Shown piece after piece: positions 1 to 10,366 of a DNA stretch of 64,000 nucleotides (its first letter is position 1; each line of letters opens with the position of its first letter). The position numbers and the translations under genes are program-made. The notes beneath the pieces are model-generated. The model saw only the letters and a program-made list of their open reading frames with translations. It made no database searches and was not told the DNA's origin. The stretch covers positions 793-64,792 of the forward strand of contig JBBRCG010000004.1 in assembly GCA_038205065.1 (NCBI GenBank), given 5' to 3'. Source of the DNA: Candidatus Saccharimonadales bacterium (GTDB lineage Bacteria > Patescibacteriota > Saccharimonadia > Saccharimonadales > Saccharimonadaceae).

Positions 1-415
1 GGCGAGAAAACGCCGACAGCCGCTTGAGATTATCCATGAGGTTTTCGGGCATCGCGTGGCTCGTCGACACGACGGGAATCCGATAGCGATCAGCGACCGA
101 CATGGCGGCCTGACCTATTCCGAGTGGCATCTGGACGTGAATCACGTCTGGTTGGAAATCTTTGATAATCCGTCTCACTTCAATATTTGGCGACAGCGAA
201 AGGCGAATGTTTTGATAAAAAGGAAAGATCACCCCGCGCGTACGATAGATCGTCACTTCATCTTCAAATTCAATTTCACGATTCATCGACTGGCTCGGAG
301 CGATGATCGCCACTATATGGCCGCGTTCGGCGAGACCCTGCGCGAGATTGCGAGTGAACACCGAGACGCCATTGATAACAGGAAAGTACAGATCAGAAGC
401 TAGTAGGATACGCAT
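1..415 (-). CDS. Glycosyltransferase family 4 (GT-B), runs off the left edge of the window
   Basis: Manual minus-strand translation from ATG at 415: MRILLASDLYFPVINGVSVFTRNLAQGLAERGHIVAIIAPS...DFQPDVIHVQMP, a typical GT4 N-terminus. Open to the window edge; not in the ORF track. Confidence 0.85.
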   Translation of the reverse strand, partial: MRILLASDLYFPVINGVSVFTRNLAQGLAERGHIVAIIAPSQSMNREIEFEDEVTIYRTRGVIFPFYQNIRLSLSPNIEVRRIIKDFQPDVIHVQMPLGIGQAAMSVADRYRIPVVSTSHAMPENLMDNLKRLSAFSR

Positions 416-474
416 ATGTATAACTCATTGTACCATCCACTGAGCGAAGTTTCCATGCGTGGTACTATAGTGAC

Positions 475-1569
475 ATGACCAAGACGAAGCTACTTTATGA
501 CGCTCGCTGGATACTTGTGGAGAACAGATTTGACGGCGTGAGCCGCTACACCCACGAGCTCGCTCTGGCCCTCGCCGAGCGTGACGATCTGGATATCACG
601 TGGCTCGTCTATGATAGTCGCCAGCTCAAGAAATTGCCGCAGCGTCCGCATCTAATGGCGAATAATCCGAGCAATGCATTTGCAGAAGCTTTTACTCTCG
701 CCCGAACCGTCAATAGGGCAGGGCACAAGCTCCTCTATTCGCCGTTTTTCACAGTCGGTACGTTCGGCAAGAGATTCCGACTCGTCCTCACGATCCACGA
801 TCTCATCTATTACAAATTCCGCACGCCACCTCAGTGGCTCCCGTGGTATGTCCGCCTCGGTTGGTGGCTGTACCACACGAGCTATTGGCCGATGCGCCGG
901 CAACTCAATCGCGCCGATGTCATCGCAACGGTGAGTGAAACCGCCCGCCAGGAGCTTATCGATGCCCGCGCCACGAAGCGCGAGGTTATCGCCGTCCCCA
1001 ACGCCGCAAACCCGGGCTTTGCCGACAACACCATCCGTGACCACAGTGAGATGAATGACGTGGTATACATGGGTGCCTTTACGCCATACAAAAACGTCGA
1101 ATGTCTCATCGACGCCGTGGCGCTCGTCCCCGATGTGACGCTTCATCTTTGCGGTAAGATTCCCGCAAGCCGCCGCCCAGAGATCGAAGCGCGACTTGCT
1201 GAGAAGGGAATTACAGAGAGAACCGTCCTCCATGATGGTGTCACTGATGATGAATATAAAGATATATTGAGTCAGGCACGATGCGCAATGAGTGCAAGCC
1301 GGCTCGAAGGTTTTGGCCTGCCGGTACTCGAGGCTCAGCAACGTGGCGTTCCATTCGCCTGTGCCGATACGCCGATTTTTCGCGAGGTAGCAGGGGAAAG
1401 CGCACTCTTTTTCGACCCGGATTCACCCGACCAAGCCGCCGACTGCATCCGTAAGTTCGCTGAAAAGAAAACAAGCGACGAATACGTCGCCCGCGGTCTC
1501 AAAAACGCCGCCCGCTATACCTGGCAAAATAGCGCCCAGGTTGCCGCCGAAATCTGTCGCGATCTCTAG
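475..1569 (+). CDS. Glycosyltransferase family 4 (group 1)
   Basis: DGVSRYT N-terminal motif and EGFGLPVLEAQQRGVP (ExF/GxxxxE) C-terminal motif; divergent from the previous GT4. Confidence 0.9.
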   Translation: MTKTKLLYDARWILVENRFDGVSRYTHELALALAERDDLDITWLVYDSRQLKKLPQRPHLMANNPSNAFAEAFTLARTVNRAGHKLLYSPFFTVGTFGKRFRLVLTIHDLIYYKFRTPPQWLPWYVRLGWWLYHTSYWPMRRQLNRADVIATVSETARQELIDARATKREVIAVPNAANPGFADNTIRDHSEMNDVVYMGAFTPYKNVECLIDAVALVPDVTLHLCGKIPASRRPEIEARLAEKGITERTVLHDGVTDDEYKDILSQARCAMSASRLEGFGLPVLEAQQRGVPFACADTPIFREVAGESALFFDPDSPDQAADCIRKFAEKKTSDEYVARGLKNAARYTWQNSAQVAAEICRDL

Positions 1570-1570
1570 A

Positions 1571-2368
1571 TCACGCAGCGAGTTTCGGTTCGTATGTATC
1601 GCTCGGATCAGATACGATAAGCGTGCCCACGCTATGATTGCTGAGAGCGGTAACTAAATCGTGTTCATCGTCACGATGTACGCGCATGGAAATACCAGAT
1701 AAAGCAATCTGCTCCAGACTACCCATATCGACAACTCGAAATTGTTCATACCTCCTGATCATATACTGTGCGGATATTTCCGTATAACGCCGCGCCGATG
1801 CATTTCCTGCAGGGTCACTATCGAACACGCCGTCAAATTTCGTACCCTTTATCACCTGGATCCGTTCATCGGGGCCAATAGATGCCTTAATGCGTTGCGC
1901 GTACGTCATAACGGCATTGTCAGTGGTAACACCGTCTTCGCCTGTGCCACCCGCGATTGCAACCATGCGGCCATCAGCGTGCGCCTGTAGCGCGAGCTCG
2001 TCGGTGTAAGGCACCAGCCTACCGAGTGTCGGGTCGGCAAACTCCATCCCTTGTGCGATAAACATCTCGACAGGAACATCTCGTCGTCGAAGCGCATCGG
2101 CCAGTACGATTGTGTTTTTAATTGTCGACAAACGCCCGAGCACATCAGCAAACTCTCCGCCAATATGCTCCTCGCGAAGCGTATCGCCGCGGGTGAAATT
2201 TCCCGCGCCCGACACTAATGTCAGGCCAGTCATCCCAAGTTCAACTCGCATGCTATAGGCAGCGACAAGTTTATCCACGGAGGCTCGGATACCGTCAGGC
2301 GTCCACGCATCACCAGACTTACCGCCTTTGTTGAGGAGCTCGCCGGATTGCTTCACGAATACATACAT
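1571..2368 (-). CDS. pyrH: Divergent UMP kinase-like protein (amino-acid kinase fold)
   Basis: KQSGE, SGAGNFTRG, DVLGRLSTIKN and KGTKFDGVFDSDP parallel PyrH KLSGE / GGGN / D-MGMLAT / KATKVDGV...DP. Confidence 0.65.
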   Translation of the reverse strand: MYVFVKQSGELLNKGGKSGDAWTPDGIRASVDKLVAAYSMRVELGMTGLTLVSGAGNFTRGDTLREEHIGGEFADVLGRLSTIKNTIVLADALRRRDVPVEMFIAQGMEFADPTLGRLVPYTDELALQAHADGRMVAIAGGTGEDGVTTDNAVMTYAQRIKASIGPDERIQVIKGTKFDGVFDSDPAGNASARRYTEISAQYMIRRYEQFRVVDMGSLEQIALSGISMRVHRDDEHDLVTALSNHSVGTLIVSDPSDTYEPKLAA

Positions 2369-2474
2369 TGTTTTTGATAATACAATAATCGCGCCACATT
2401 CGCAATTTTCTCAAAATCATCCTCAGATATGACTCGTCGCCCACACTTCCGGAGAAATGGGGCGACGTATTGTG

Positions 2475-2831
2475 TCAGGCGGCGACCCGCCTAAGCCTGC
2501 GTGCCGGATGGTCACTGTATTGCGCCGCCACACTTTGCAGCGCCAAGAACTCGGCGAGCAACGCGATATGGTTGGTCTTGTCGCTACCATAGAGGCAGCT
2601 CCAGGGGCCATCGACCATACTGAAGACAGCGAATACCGCCACATCATCGGGCATCGCGATGAGGACTTCTGCTCGAAGACGATCGATCTCGTACTCGAGC
2701 ATGCCTGTGTTTGGGTCGAGCCAGAGAGCCAAAAACTTCTCACTGGAGATCGACGCCAGGTACTGTTCGATGCGCAGGGCTTCCGCCACTGGCTGCGCAT
2801 CGTCGATCAGCTTTGAGCTGTCGTCACTCAT
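2475..2831 (-). CDS. Hypothetical protein (ORFan)
   Basis: 118 aa ORF, GGAGG upstream of the ATG, GC hairpin downstream (~2436-2466). Confidence 0.6.
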   Translation of the reverse strand: MSDDSSKLIDDAQPVAEALRIEQYLASISSEKFLALWLDPNTGMLEYEIDRLRAEVLIAMPDDVAVFAVFSMVDGPWSCLYGSDKTNHIALLAEFLALQSVAAQYSDHPARRLRRVAA

Positions 2832-2940
2832 GTTACATTACCTCCAGGGGTAAATACGGTTCGAGCCTGTCTCTGAACTTATGTATGATAGCATAAATAT
2901 GCACCTTAGTCAATAATACGCTCTTTGCTATACTGAGTGC

Positions 2941-3735
2941 ATGAAGTTATACTCATGGAACGTCAACGGCATCCGCGCAGTACTCAACAAGGGTGCGTTG
3001 CAAGAATTTATCACCACTCATGACCCAGATATTCTCTGTCTGCAAGAGACGAAGGCCGAAAGGGGACAGGTCGAACTTGATTTGCCTCAGTACACCGAAC
3101 ATTTCTACAGCGCGGTCAAAAAAGGCTATAGTGGCACGGCGATTTTCAGCAAAACCCCGGCGATCCGCTACCTCGACGGTTTTCCGGATGATATTATCAA
3201 ACAGTTTGACGTCACCGGTGACACCTACGGAGATCCGAACGCCGAAGGGCGAATTATCGCTGCAGAATTTGCCGACTACTGGGTCGTGACCTGCTACACA
3301 CCGAATAGCAAAGGCGACCTCTCACGACTCAGCTTGCGCTACGACCGATGGGACCGAGCCTGCCTCGCATATCTCCAGCAACTCGAGCAGACCAAACCGG
3401 TGCTCTACTGTGGCGATATGAATGTCGCACACGCCGAAGTTGACCTCGCAAACCCGAAAGATAATGTCGGCAAGCATGGATTTACCGATGAAGAACGAGC
3501 TGGCTTCGATAATTTCCTAGCCGCTGGCTTCGTCGACACCTACCGCGCCGCAAATCCCGAGAAATCCGACGCGTTCACCTGGTGGACGCACTGGGCAAAT
3601 GCCCGCGCCCGCAACGTCGGTTGGCGTATCGATTACTGGCTGGCGAGCAAATCGATTGCCTCCGATGTGAAAAATCCTCAAATCCACCCCGACGTTATGG
3701 GTTCTGATCACTGCCCTGTGAGTATCGAACTATGA
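2941..3735 (+). CDS. xth: Exodeoxyribonuclease III (AP endonuclease)
   Basis: SWNVNGIRA, LCLQETK, GDMNVAH, GWRIDY and GSDHCPV motifs. Confidence 0.95.
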   Translation: MKLYSWNVNGIRAVLNKGALQEFITTHDPDILCLQETKAERGQVELDLPQYTEHFYSAVKKGYSGTAIFSKTPAIRYLDGFPDDIIKQFDVTGDTYGDPNAEGRIIAAEFADYWVVTCYTPNSKGDLSRLSLRYDRWDRACLAYLQQLEQTKPVLYCGDMNVAHAEVDLANPKDNVGKHGFTDEERAGFDNFLAAGFVDTYRAANPEKSDAFTWWTHWANARARNVGWRIDYWLASKSIASDVKNPQIHPDVMGSDHCPVSIEL

Positions 3736-4109
3736 GTAAACCGACGTTTGAAGAAGCTGTAGCCGCAGTCCTGTCACATATCCGTGAGCGTCATTGGGAC
3801 ACCGGTACTCCGCGAAGTCTCGCAATCTCTATTTCGCTAGAGGCAAGTGAGCTTATGGAACATTACCAGTGGCAAGATGAGCCAGTGGGAGATGCTGCTG
3901 AACTCGCAGACGAGCTTGCTGATATTCTTATTTACGCCATCCAATTTGCCGATAAATATAAGATCAACATCCCAGAGGCGATTACCGGTAAGCTTGAGAA
4001 GGCCGCAAGGAAATATCCTGCCGAAAAATTCGATACCACCGATGAAGCTGTTCGTCGGGACGCGTGGATTGAGGCAAAGAAGAACCACCGAAAAGACACG
4101 ATCTTATAG
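3732..4109 (+). CDS. MazG-like nucleotide pyrophosphohydrolase (dCTPase-like)
   Basis: LAISISLEASELMEHYQW and ELADILIY motifs; ATGA overlap with xth. Confidence 0.85.
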   Translation: MSKPTFEEAVAAVLSHIRERHWDTGTPRSLAISISLEASELMEHYQWQDEPVGDAAELADELADILIYAIQFADKYKINIPEAITGKLEKAARKYPAEKFDTTDEAVRRDAWIEAKKNHRKDTIL

Positions 4110-4187
4110 AATCGTAACGACTCGACGTTGACTCCCTCTAGCTATTTCGCATTCGTCATATAGACGCTATTCATCTATAATAACCCC

Positions 4188-4991
4188 ATGGATACCAGTT
4201 ATTGGCAACAGCAGAAATCGTCCGCGCCATTATTTCCCGATGTCGAATGGAGCAAACCGGAGCAAAAGAGTCGCGCCGGGCGCCTCGCTGTTATCGGTGG
4301 CAACAAACTTGGCTTCGCAGGGGTCGCAGAGAGTTATTCTGGCGCATACGGCAGCGGCATCGGAAACGTCCGCGTCCTCTTACCAGATGCATTGAAAAAA
4401 CAAATTCCCGTCACCTGGACAGATGTCGCACTTGCACCCAGCACGATCAGCGGGGGATTTTCGAAGGATGCGACACCTCATATCCTCGCGATCGCCGACT
4501 GGGCCACGATGACGCTACTCATCGGTGACGCTGGGCGAAATAGCGAGACAGCGATCGCGTATGAATCCCTCATTCGAAATCATATCGGACCGATGACCCT
4601 CACTCGTGACGCGATCGATCTCGTCAAAAACTCTGCCGAAACCCTCGTGAATCGGCCAGAAACCCTTCTCGTTCTCTCTTTCGCGCAACTCCAGAAACTC
4701 TTTCAATCGGTTTATTATCCAAAAGTTCTGACCTTTAGCATGCAACTCCTCCAGCTCGTCGAAGCGGTACACAAATTCACGATCACGTATCCCATCACGC
4801 TCGCCGTCCTCCACAAAGATATCCTCGTCGTCGCGCACGGCGGGAAGGTGACCTCAACCCCGTGGGAAAGTCCGATGGCCATCTGGCGCGGCACCACCGC
4901 CACTCGTGCGGCTGTCTACTGGGCGTGGAATCCGACCTTGCCCTTCGAGGCGATTACGACGAGCCTGCTTGTCGATAACACTAAAGCTTAG
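4188..4991 (+). CDS. Carbohydrate-kinase/NnrD (ADP-dependent NAD(P)HX dehydratase)-like, divergent
   Basis: KSRAGRLAVIGG...SGIGNVRVLLP resembles the YjeF C-terminal/NnrD start; catalytic motifs are degenerate. Confidence 0.6.
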   Translation: MDTSYWQQQKSSAPLFPDVEWSKPEQKSRAGRLAVIGGNKLGFAGVAESYSGAYGSGIGNVRVLLPDALKKQIPVTWTDVALAPSTISGGFSKDATPHILAIADWATMTLLIGDAGRNSETAIAYESLIRNHIGPMTLTRDAIDLVKNSAETLVNRPETLLVLSFAQLQKLFQSVYYPKVLTFSMQLLQLVEAVHKFTITYPITLAVLHKDILVVAHGGKVTSTPWESPMAIWRGTTATRAAVYWAWNPTLPFEAITTSLLVDNTKA

Positions 4992-5039
4992 TATCGTATA
5001 GTTACGGTTCGATATGAGAGGATTGCGGCAACCGAGCCC

Positions 5040-5222
5040 TTGGGTATCGCAGATCAGATGGACCAGGCATGGGACCAGTGGCCCGCCGCGCAAGCTCGTA
5101 TAGACAATGAGCTCAAAATCAGCGGTCTCGCAGAAGCTATCGATGACATGACGCTGCTCGACAGCGAAGCTGCGCCACCCAGACCCCCGTCCACAACCTC
5201 ATTGTCGTCGTGCACAGTATGA
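5040..5222 (+). CDS. Possible small hypothetical protein
   Basis: 60 aa ORF followed by hairpin TCCCCGCTTCGGC-ATCA-GCCGAGGCGGGGA; start uncertain. Confidence 0.3.
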   Translation: MGIADQMDQAWDQWPAAQARIDNELKISGLAEAIDDMTLLDSEAAPPRPPSTTSLSSCTV

Positions 5223-5327
5223 CGAGAACCATCATCCCCGCTTCGGCATCAGCCGAGGCGGGGAATGTTCTTTCTGGATGTCTAGTATAATTATTAGTAC
5301 GATATGACTCTAACAAAGGAGGAGCAA

Positions 5328-5630
5328 ATGAGCGAAGTACCTCATTTTACAGATACAGAGCCGCCAAACTCCGAAAGTGAAGACGTCGCCATGACTCCGG
5401 AAGAGCGAGCTGCGATTCTCGATTCGATAGAACGGGCTGCCGAAGTTCTTGGGCAAATTATGCGAATGCAAGAAAACTTAGCTAAATACCCAGACAGTAA
5501 AGCCCTTAACGATGTCTACGAACGTATGATGCGTGAGATTCGAAGAGCGCACGTATTTGTCGCTAACGAAATAGCAGGAAATCCTGAGTTACCTTATCCC
5601 CCTAAGGAGGGAGGTTTTAGTCTTTCGTGA
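5328..5630 (+). CDS. Hypothetical helical protein (ORFan)
   Basis: TATAAT at ~5286, AAAGGAGGAG SD before ATG 5328. Confidence 0.55.
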   Translation: MSEVPHFTDTEPPNSESEDVAMTPEERAAILDSIERAAEVLGQIMRMQENLAKYPDSKALNDVYERMMREIRRAHVFVANEIAGNPELPYPPKEGGFSLS

Positions 5631-5642
5631 ATTCAGAGGTAT

Positions 5643-5730
5643 TGGTGGGCGAGGAGGGACTTGAACCCTCACTCACATAATGTGAACAAGATTTTGAGTC
5701 TAGCGCGTCTACCGATTCCGCCACTCGCCC
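5643..5730 (-). tRNA. tRNA-Leu(CAA)
   Basis: GGGCGAGTGGCGGAATCGGTAGACGCGCTAGACT-CAA-AATCTTG...long variable arm...GGGTTCAAGTCCCTCCTCGCCCACCA; encoded CCA. Confidence 0.97.
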
Positions 5731-5826
5731 AACAATATCTACGAATTTGTAAGCTACCCGCTGTCGAAGTTGTCTCATACGAAACAACAGATCATATTGT
5801 ATACTAAAAGGAAGTGGGAATCTAGA

Positions 5827-7008
5827 ATGCAACCGACAGATGACAATCGCAACAAACCAATCATTCCGCAGCGAAACGTTTCGCTTTCTAATGGTATGCG
5901 CGGTAATCGGCAAGATGAAGCGGCAAATGTCGTTCGTGGCCAACTAGATAACATCTACCAGGCCGACCCGAACGCGACCGTGCCCGTTGCCTCCATCCAG
6001 GCCTTCACTCAACCCATACAAGATGATGGCCCAAATCCCTACGAGCGCACTCACAACGAAGAACAGCACTCGATCAACCAAGATGCCTGGTCCCGCTACC
6101 ACAGCGCCTGGCAGAGTTATTATCAGCAATATTACGAGCGCTATTACATCGGTCAGGTTCACGAGGCGAAAAAGACCCTCGAAGCACGCGCCGGTAGCGC
6201 CACCGAATCATCAGCCATGAGTGAAGATGAAGCACTCTACGACCTCCGTTCTCAGCTTCTGGGCAAGGTCCGCAAGAGCGCCATTCGCGTCCGCAAAAGC
6301 AATCATTTTTGGCCCATCATGTCCGCCCTTATTGTCATGAGTATATTCCTGTTCCTCCAGTACAATCGCACAATGTTTGCCTTTGCCGAGGCGTACATCG
6401 TCCCTGGCGACTCGAAGGCCGCCAATCTCATCGTTGACCCCGGCGATAACAGCACCGTCACAAAAGATGACCGCCTGATCATCCCGCGCATTACCGTCGA
6501 TGTACCGATCATCTGGGACGCCGTCGCTTCGAGTCAGGACTCACTCAACGCCGCAATGAACAAAGGCGTGGCATGGTTCAATATCGCTCAAGCCCACAGC
6601 CGACCGGGGGAGAAGGGGAATTTCGCCCTATCGGGTCACTCATCAAACGACTTCTTCGACAGCGGTAACTATAAATTTATCTTCGCGCCCCTTGAGAAAC
6701 TGCAAGTCGGCGACCCGATCTATGTCAATTACCAGCAAAAACGCTACACCTACCGGGTCTCGAGCACGGAAGTCGTCAAGCCGACCGATGTTGCTGCGCT
6801 CTCAACCGATGGTTCAAAACCAGTCCTCACACTTATCACCTGCACGCCGCTCGGCACCGCGACAAACCGCCTCCTAGTCTTTGCCGATCAAGTCGATCCA
6901 GATCCAGTGACGGCTGCGGCGGCGGCCGTAGCTCCGAGCACGACGACAACCAAAATGCCGTCAAACTCGCCATCGTTCTGGGAACGCATCTTTGGCGGCG
7001 GCAACTAA
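5827..7008 (+). CDS. Sortase family protein with long N-terminal cytoplasmic extension
   Basis: One TM segment, SGHSS, F..L..L..GD.I.V and TLITC...RL sortase motifs; ATG at 5827. Confidence 0.85.
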   Translation: MQPTDDNRNKPIIPQRNVSLSNGMRGNRQDEAANVVRGQLDNIYQADPNATVPVASIQAFTQPIQDDGPNPYERTHNEEQHSINQDAWSRYHSAWQSYYQQYYERYYIGQVHEAKKTLEARAGSATESSAMSEDEALYDLRSQLLGKVRKSAIRVRKSNHFWPIMSALIVMSIFLFLQYNRTMFAFAEAYIVPGDSKAANLIVDPGDNSTVTKDDRLIIPRITVDVPIIWDAVASSQDSLNAAMNKGVAWFNIAQAHSRPGEKGNFALSGHSSNDFFDSGNYKFIFAPLEKLQVGDPIYVNYQQKRYTYRVSSTEVVKPTDVAALSTDGSKPVLTLITCTPLGTATNRLLVFADQVDPDPVTAAAAAVAPSTTTTKMPSNSPSFWERIFGGGN

Positions 7009-8468
7009 TTCGTCAGTAACTTGACTCGAGTTAGTTCTGGCGTCGCTTGGCCAGTCGTAAAACCATAGAAATATTTGCCGTTTGGCGTCATCGCAACCGC
7101 TCCACCGATTGAGCTCGTGAGAAGGTCGTGGCCATTAGTGCCATCGAAGTCATAGAGCCGTACTGCGCCGCCAGCGGCCACTGTCGCATAATGAAATTCG
7201 TCCGTCCACATTACGCCGATTGGGCGACTAAACTCGACGCGACCGACTTGCTTGAGTTCGAGGTCATACACGGAAACACCAGTGTCGCTGCGCAGCATGA
7301 CGAATCGATGCGAATCTGGTGAAGGGATGATCTCCGATACGCCACCGGCGACCGTGAAAGTCGCCAATGTCTCGAGAGCCGCTGGATTTTTGACATCACT
7401 CGACGGCAGGTCACCGGTGAGGATATCAACTTGCGTGCCGTATGCGATCACGAAATGATTTTGGTTGTAGTATCGCTGAATGGCAAATCGCACCGCCGTC
7501 GCGCCATCATCGGCGAAACTGCGCACCAGTCGCGGTGCCGAGGCGCCGGATGTGACATAGCCAACCGATCGGTTTTTGGTCAACGCATCAACTTTGGTCA
7601 CGAATGTGAGCGTCGAGTTGTCGAATTGGCTAAATGATTCGACATTCGATACCATCGCGCTGGCGAGCGTCCCAGCCTTGACGTCACCGCGGCGGAGTTC
7701 GCCCGCTGAGGTGAGCAGGTAGAGAATCGAGGCGTCACTGAGCGAAAATTGCACGTCATTTGTCTCGATCGAGAACAGTGCCGAGATATTCACCGCGTCA
7801 TGTGAGCCGTTCGTATCAAGCGTCAGCCACTCGAGTTTCTGGCCATATGCGTGGCGGATCAACAGATAGCGCCCATCATTACTCCAGCTATCGACCGTAA
7901 ACGTGCTCGCCTCATTCGCCGCTGGTGCCGTATAGACCGTCGCCGGGATCGTGATATTCTCCGCTTTTGGCGTGTCGGTGTCGAGATTTACGACCGAAAC
8001 GACTGGCTGCGTCGCATCCATTACGTAGGCGAGTTGCTTGCTATCGCTCGACGCGACACTACTCGACGGCTTCGTGTCCGGTATGACCGTCAGCTCTTGT
8101 AATATCTTCGGAACGAGCCGCGCATAATCAAGCCACAAGATGGTTCCGCCCCCTACGACGACATTTTTGCGCCACTCATGATAGCCGTCGCGCCACATAC
8201 TAATCGTATGCGTACCGGCCGTGACAGTGATCTTCGTCGGCGTCTTGTTCCCCAGGTGTGCCTGATCAACCCAGATATCAGCGCCGCCCGGCTTGGTATC
8301 AAACTGGACAAGACCGCCTTGTTCAACTTTGCCGTCGTAGCGATTAAATCGATACCCCGACATGATAAAGAAGAGAAGTGCGACGAGTCCCGCGACCGAT
8401 AGAACCATCAAGGTGTAGACGAGTGTCAATCGAAGACGCATCTTCAATTTGGATGGAGCGTGATACAT
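7005..8468 (-). CDS. PEGA-domain membrane-anchored protein with likely beta-propeller C-terminus
   Basis: N-terminal TM, TKPGGADIWVD...KTP..ITVTAGTHTISMWRDGYHEW PEGA pattern, repeated beta-rich blades. Confidence 0.75.
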   Translation of the reverse strand: MYHAPSKLKMRLRLTLVYTLMVLSVAGLVALLFFIMSGYRFNRYDGKVEQGGLVQFDTKPGGADIWVDQAHLGNKTPTKITVTAGTHTISMWRDGYHEWRKNVVVGGGTILWLDYARLVPKILQELTVIPDTKPSSSVASSDSKQLAYVMDATQPVVSVVNLDTDTPKAENITIPATVYTAPAANEASTFTVDSWSNDGRYLLIRHAYGQKLEWLTLDTNGSHDAVNISALFSIETNDVQFSLSDASILYLLTSAGELRRGDVKAGTLASAMVSNVESFSQFDNSTLTFVTKVDALTKNRSVGYVTSGASAPRLVRSFADDGATAVRFAIQRYYNQNHFVIAYGTQVDILTGDLPSSDVKNPAALETLATFTVAGGVSEIIPSPDSHRFVMLRSDTGVSVYDLELKQVGRVEFSRPIGVMWTDEFHYATVAAGGAVRLYDFDGTNGHDLLTSSIGGAVAMTPNGKYFYGFTTGQATPELTRVKLLTN

Positions 8469-8545
8469 ATGTCCTAATTATAGCCCCTATCGACCGAAAG
8501 TGGAACGCTTGCATAATCCCTTACGCTTAACTACTATATATTGTA

Positions 8546-9403
8546 GTGAGCAAACAACACACAGTTATTATCAATGGGACGAAGTACGACGCTATCTCAG
8601 GAAAAGCGCTCGGTTTGACGGACGCGACGAAATCCACGCTTTCGACCAAAAAACCCATCCACGCACCAGTAGTAGCTCCAGCTCCAGCTCCAGCCGCGAA
8701 GCCTATTCATGAGATCCGACGCTTCGCTCCTCACCAGAAACCTCATGTGGTGATTCAAGATATCGCGCCCGTGCGTCATCCAGTCGTTGACCGAGCTCAT
8801 GCCGCTCGCACCGCTCAGCAGCTCTCCGTCGGACCGCGAATCGCCAAGCCATCCCAGATCATCAAACGAGAAGCCATTATCGAAGCGACCTCACGCATGC
8901 CCGCCAAACCGGCCCAGCAGATCAAACTCAAAAAGCAGCCGACTGTCCTTCGCCGACGGGTCAATATCGCCGCCGTCTCGCTCGCCGCCCTCGTCTTCGG
9001 TGGATATTTGACCTATCTCAATATGCCCCAGCTCTCCACTCGAGTCGCCGCCTCGCAGGCCGGTATCGATGCCCAATATCCCTCGTACCACCCATCGGGT
9101 TACAGTCTTTCAGGACCAGTCGCATTCAATAACGGCGTCGTCAGTATGAAATTTGCCGCCAACGCCAGTACGCAAGATTATACCATCACTCAATCCCGCT
9201 CAATCTGGGATTCCTCCGCCGTACTCGAAAACTACATCCAGCCTAAGGTAGCGGACCACTACACGACTACTCAATCAAATGGCCTCACTATCTACACCTA
9301 CGACAAGAGTGCCGCCTGGGTTAATGGTGGTATCCTCTATACGATCGACGGCAGCGCCAATCTCACACCTGAGCAGATCCAGCACATCGCGGTGAGCATG
9401 TAG
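8546..9403 (+). CDS. Membrane-anchored protein, DUF4367-like C-terminal domain
   Basis: Pro/Ala-rich N-terminus, single TM, YPSYHPSGY...WVNGGILYTIDG..LTPEQIQHIA. Confidence 0.6.
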   Translation: MSKQHTVIINGTKYDAISGKALGLTDATKSTLSTKKPIHAPVVAPAPAPAAKPIHEIRRFAPHQKPHVVIQDIAPVRHPVVDRAHAARTAQQLSVGPRIAKPSQIIKREAIIEATSRMPAKPAQQIKLKKQPTVLRRRVNIAAVSLAALVFGGYLTYLNMPQLSTRVAASQAGIDAQYPSYHPSGYSLSGPVAFNNGVVSMKFAANASTQDYTITQSRSIWDSSAVLENYIQPKVADHYTTTQSNGLTIYTYDKSAAWVNGGILYTIDGSANLTPEQIQHIAVSM

Positions 9404-9494
9404 CAATCTCTTGCAAATTATGGTATGATCTTCTTGGCAAATCGCCAAAATTGTTTGGATGAGTCCGAACAATTGCACCTTTGAAAGGACAGCC

Positions 9495-10184
9495 ATGGAT
9501 GCGTCTACGGCTATATTTGAGGACATCGTCCGCCGGTTGATGAAGGGTAAGAAGATCACCGCCGAACAGTTGGCGGCGACAGGTATGGACATCGAAGTGC
9601 TTTCGAGCGCCACTCGTCTTCTGCTTCCCCACATCATGCATCTGCGCGGCTTTAAGCCGTTCTCTGAGCACTATCCGAGTCCGGATTCCCCCCTCACGAA
9701 GGGTGGACTCTCAGTGAACAAGCACCTGCTGCTCATCCGGCAGTTTATTGTTCGGTTTCAGCTAGCCGAAGATGGGTCGTATGAATCGACCGAGATCGCA
9801 GCCTACCTCACCCGAGAAGGCAAGTGGTACGTCGTATTCCGACTGCTCGGACCCGACCAGACTGGCACGGAACCGCAATCCAGCACGTGGTCACTACACG
9901 ACCCCGCTAATCCCGACACACTCCGTCAACTCGTTGACTACATCCAGGGGTGTGCTCCGACCAGTGGACGCTTCGAACGACCCGGCGGGTTCTTCGGAAC
10001 GATCAATTATTCCCTGGAGTCGATCGCACTCTCCCTTGCAGAAGGGCTACTGCGTGAGTTTGGTCGTTCGATAGACCAGAAGCAGTCCGAATTAAATGCA
10101 GAGGTCGCGGCGCGTACAGAAATACAGAAACTGCTCGATCGTTTCGACACACCAGACGGGGGGTTCTCCCGCGCCCGTCGCTGA
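9495..10184 (+). CDS. Hypothetical protein (ORFan)
   Basis: TTGCAA/TGGTATGAT promoter, leader hairpin, GAAAGGA SD. Confidence 0.7.
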   Translation: MDASTAIFEDIVRRLMKGKKITAEQLAATGMDIEVLSSATRLLLPHIMHLRGFKPFSEHYPSPDSPLTKGGLSVNKHLLLIRQFIVRFQLAEDGSYESTEIAAYLTREGKWYVVFRLLGPDQTGTEPQSSTWSLHDPANPDTLRQLVDYIQGCAPTSGRFERPGGFFGTINYSLESIALSLAEGLLREFGRSIDQKQSELNAEVAARTEIQKLLDRFDTPDGGFSRARR

Positions 10185-10204
10185 ACACTAGCCCCACACT
10201 ACAG

Positions 10205-10236
10205 TCGAGCCTCGCTCCCGCTGGTGCGGGGCTCGA
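10205..10236 (+). terminator. GC-rich hairpin terminator
   Basis: TCGAGCCTCGC...GCGGGGCTCGA followed by TTATTT. Confidence 0.6.
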
Positions 10237-10366
10237 TTATTTGCACAATACACTATTCAACAGCACATCGCTGTCAGTATGTAGCGATTCATACAATGTT
10301 TTGACTTAATCGCAAACAGATCTTATAATGCAGTGCAGGTTAACACGCCAACGAGAAGGGTTACAT

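Noticed and set aside
56-403. Plus-strand 115-aa ORF from the track
   Set aside because: It is the antisense shadow of a clear GT4 gene on the minus strand (1-415)
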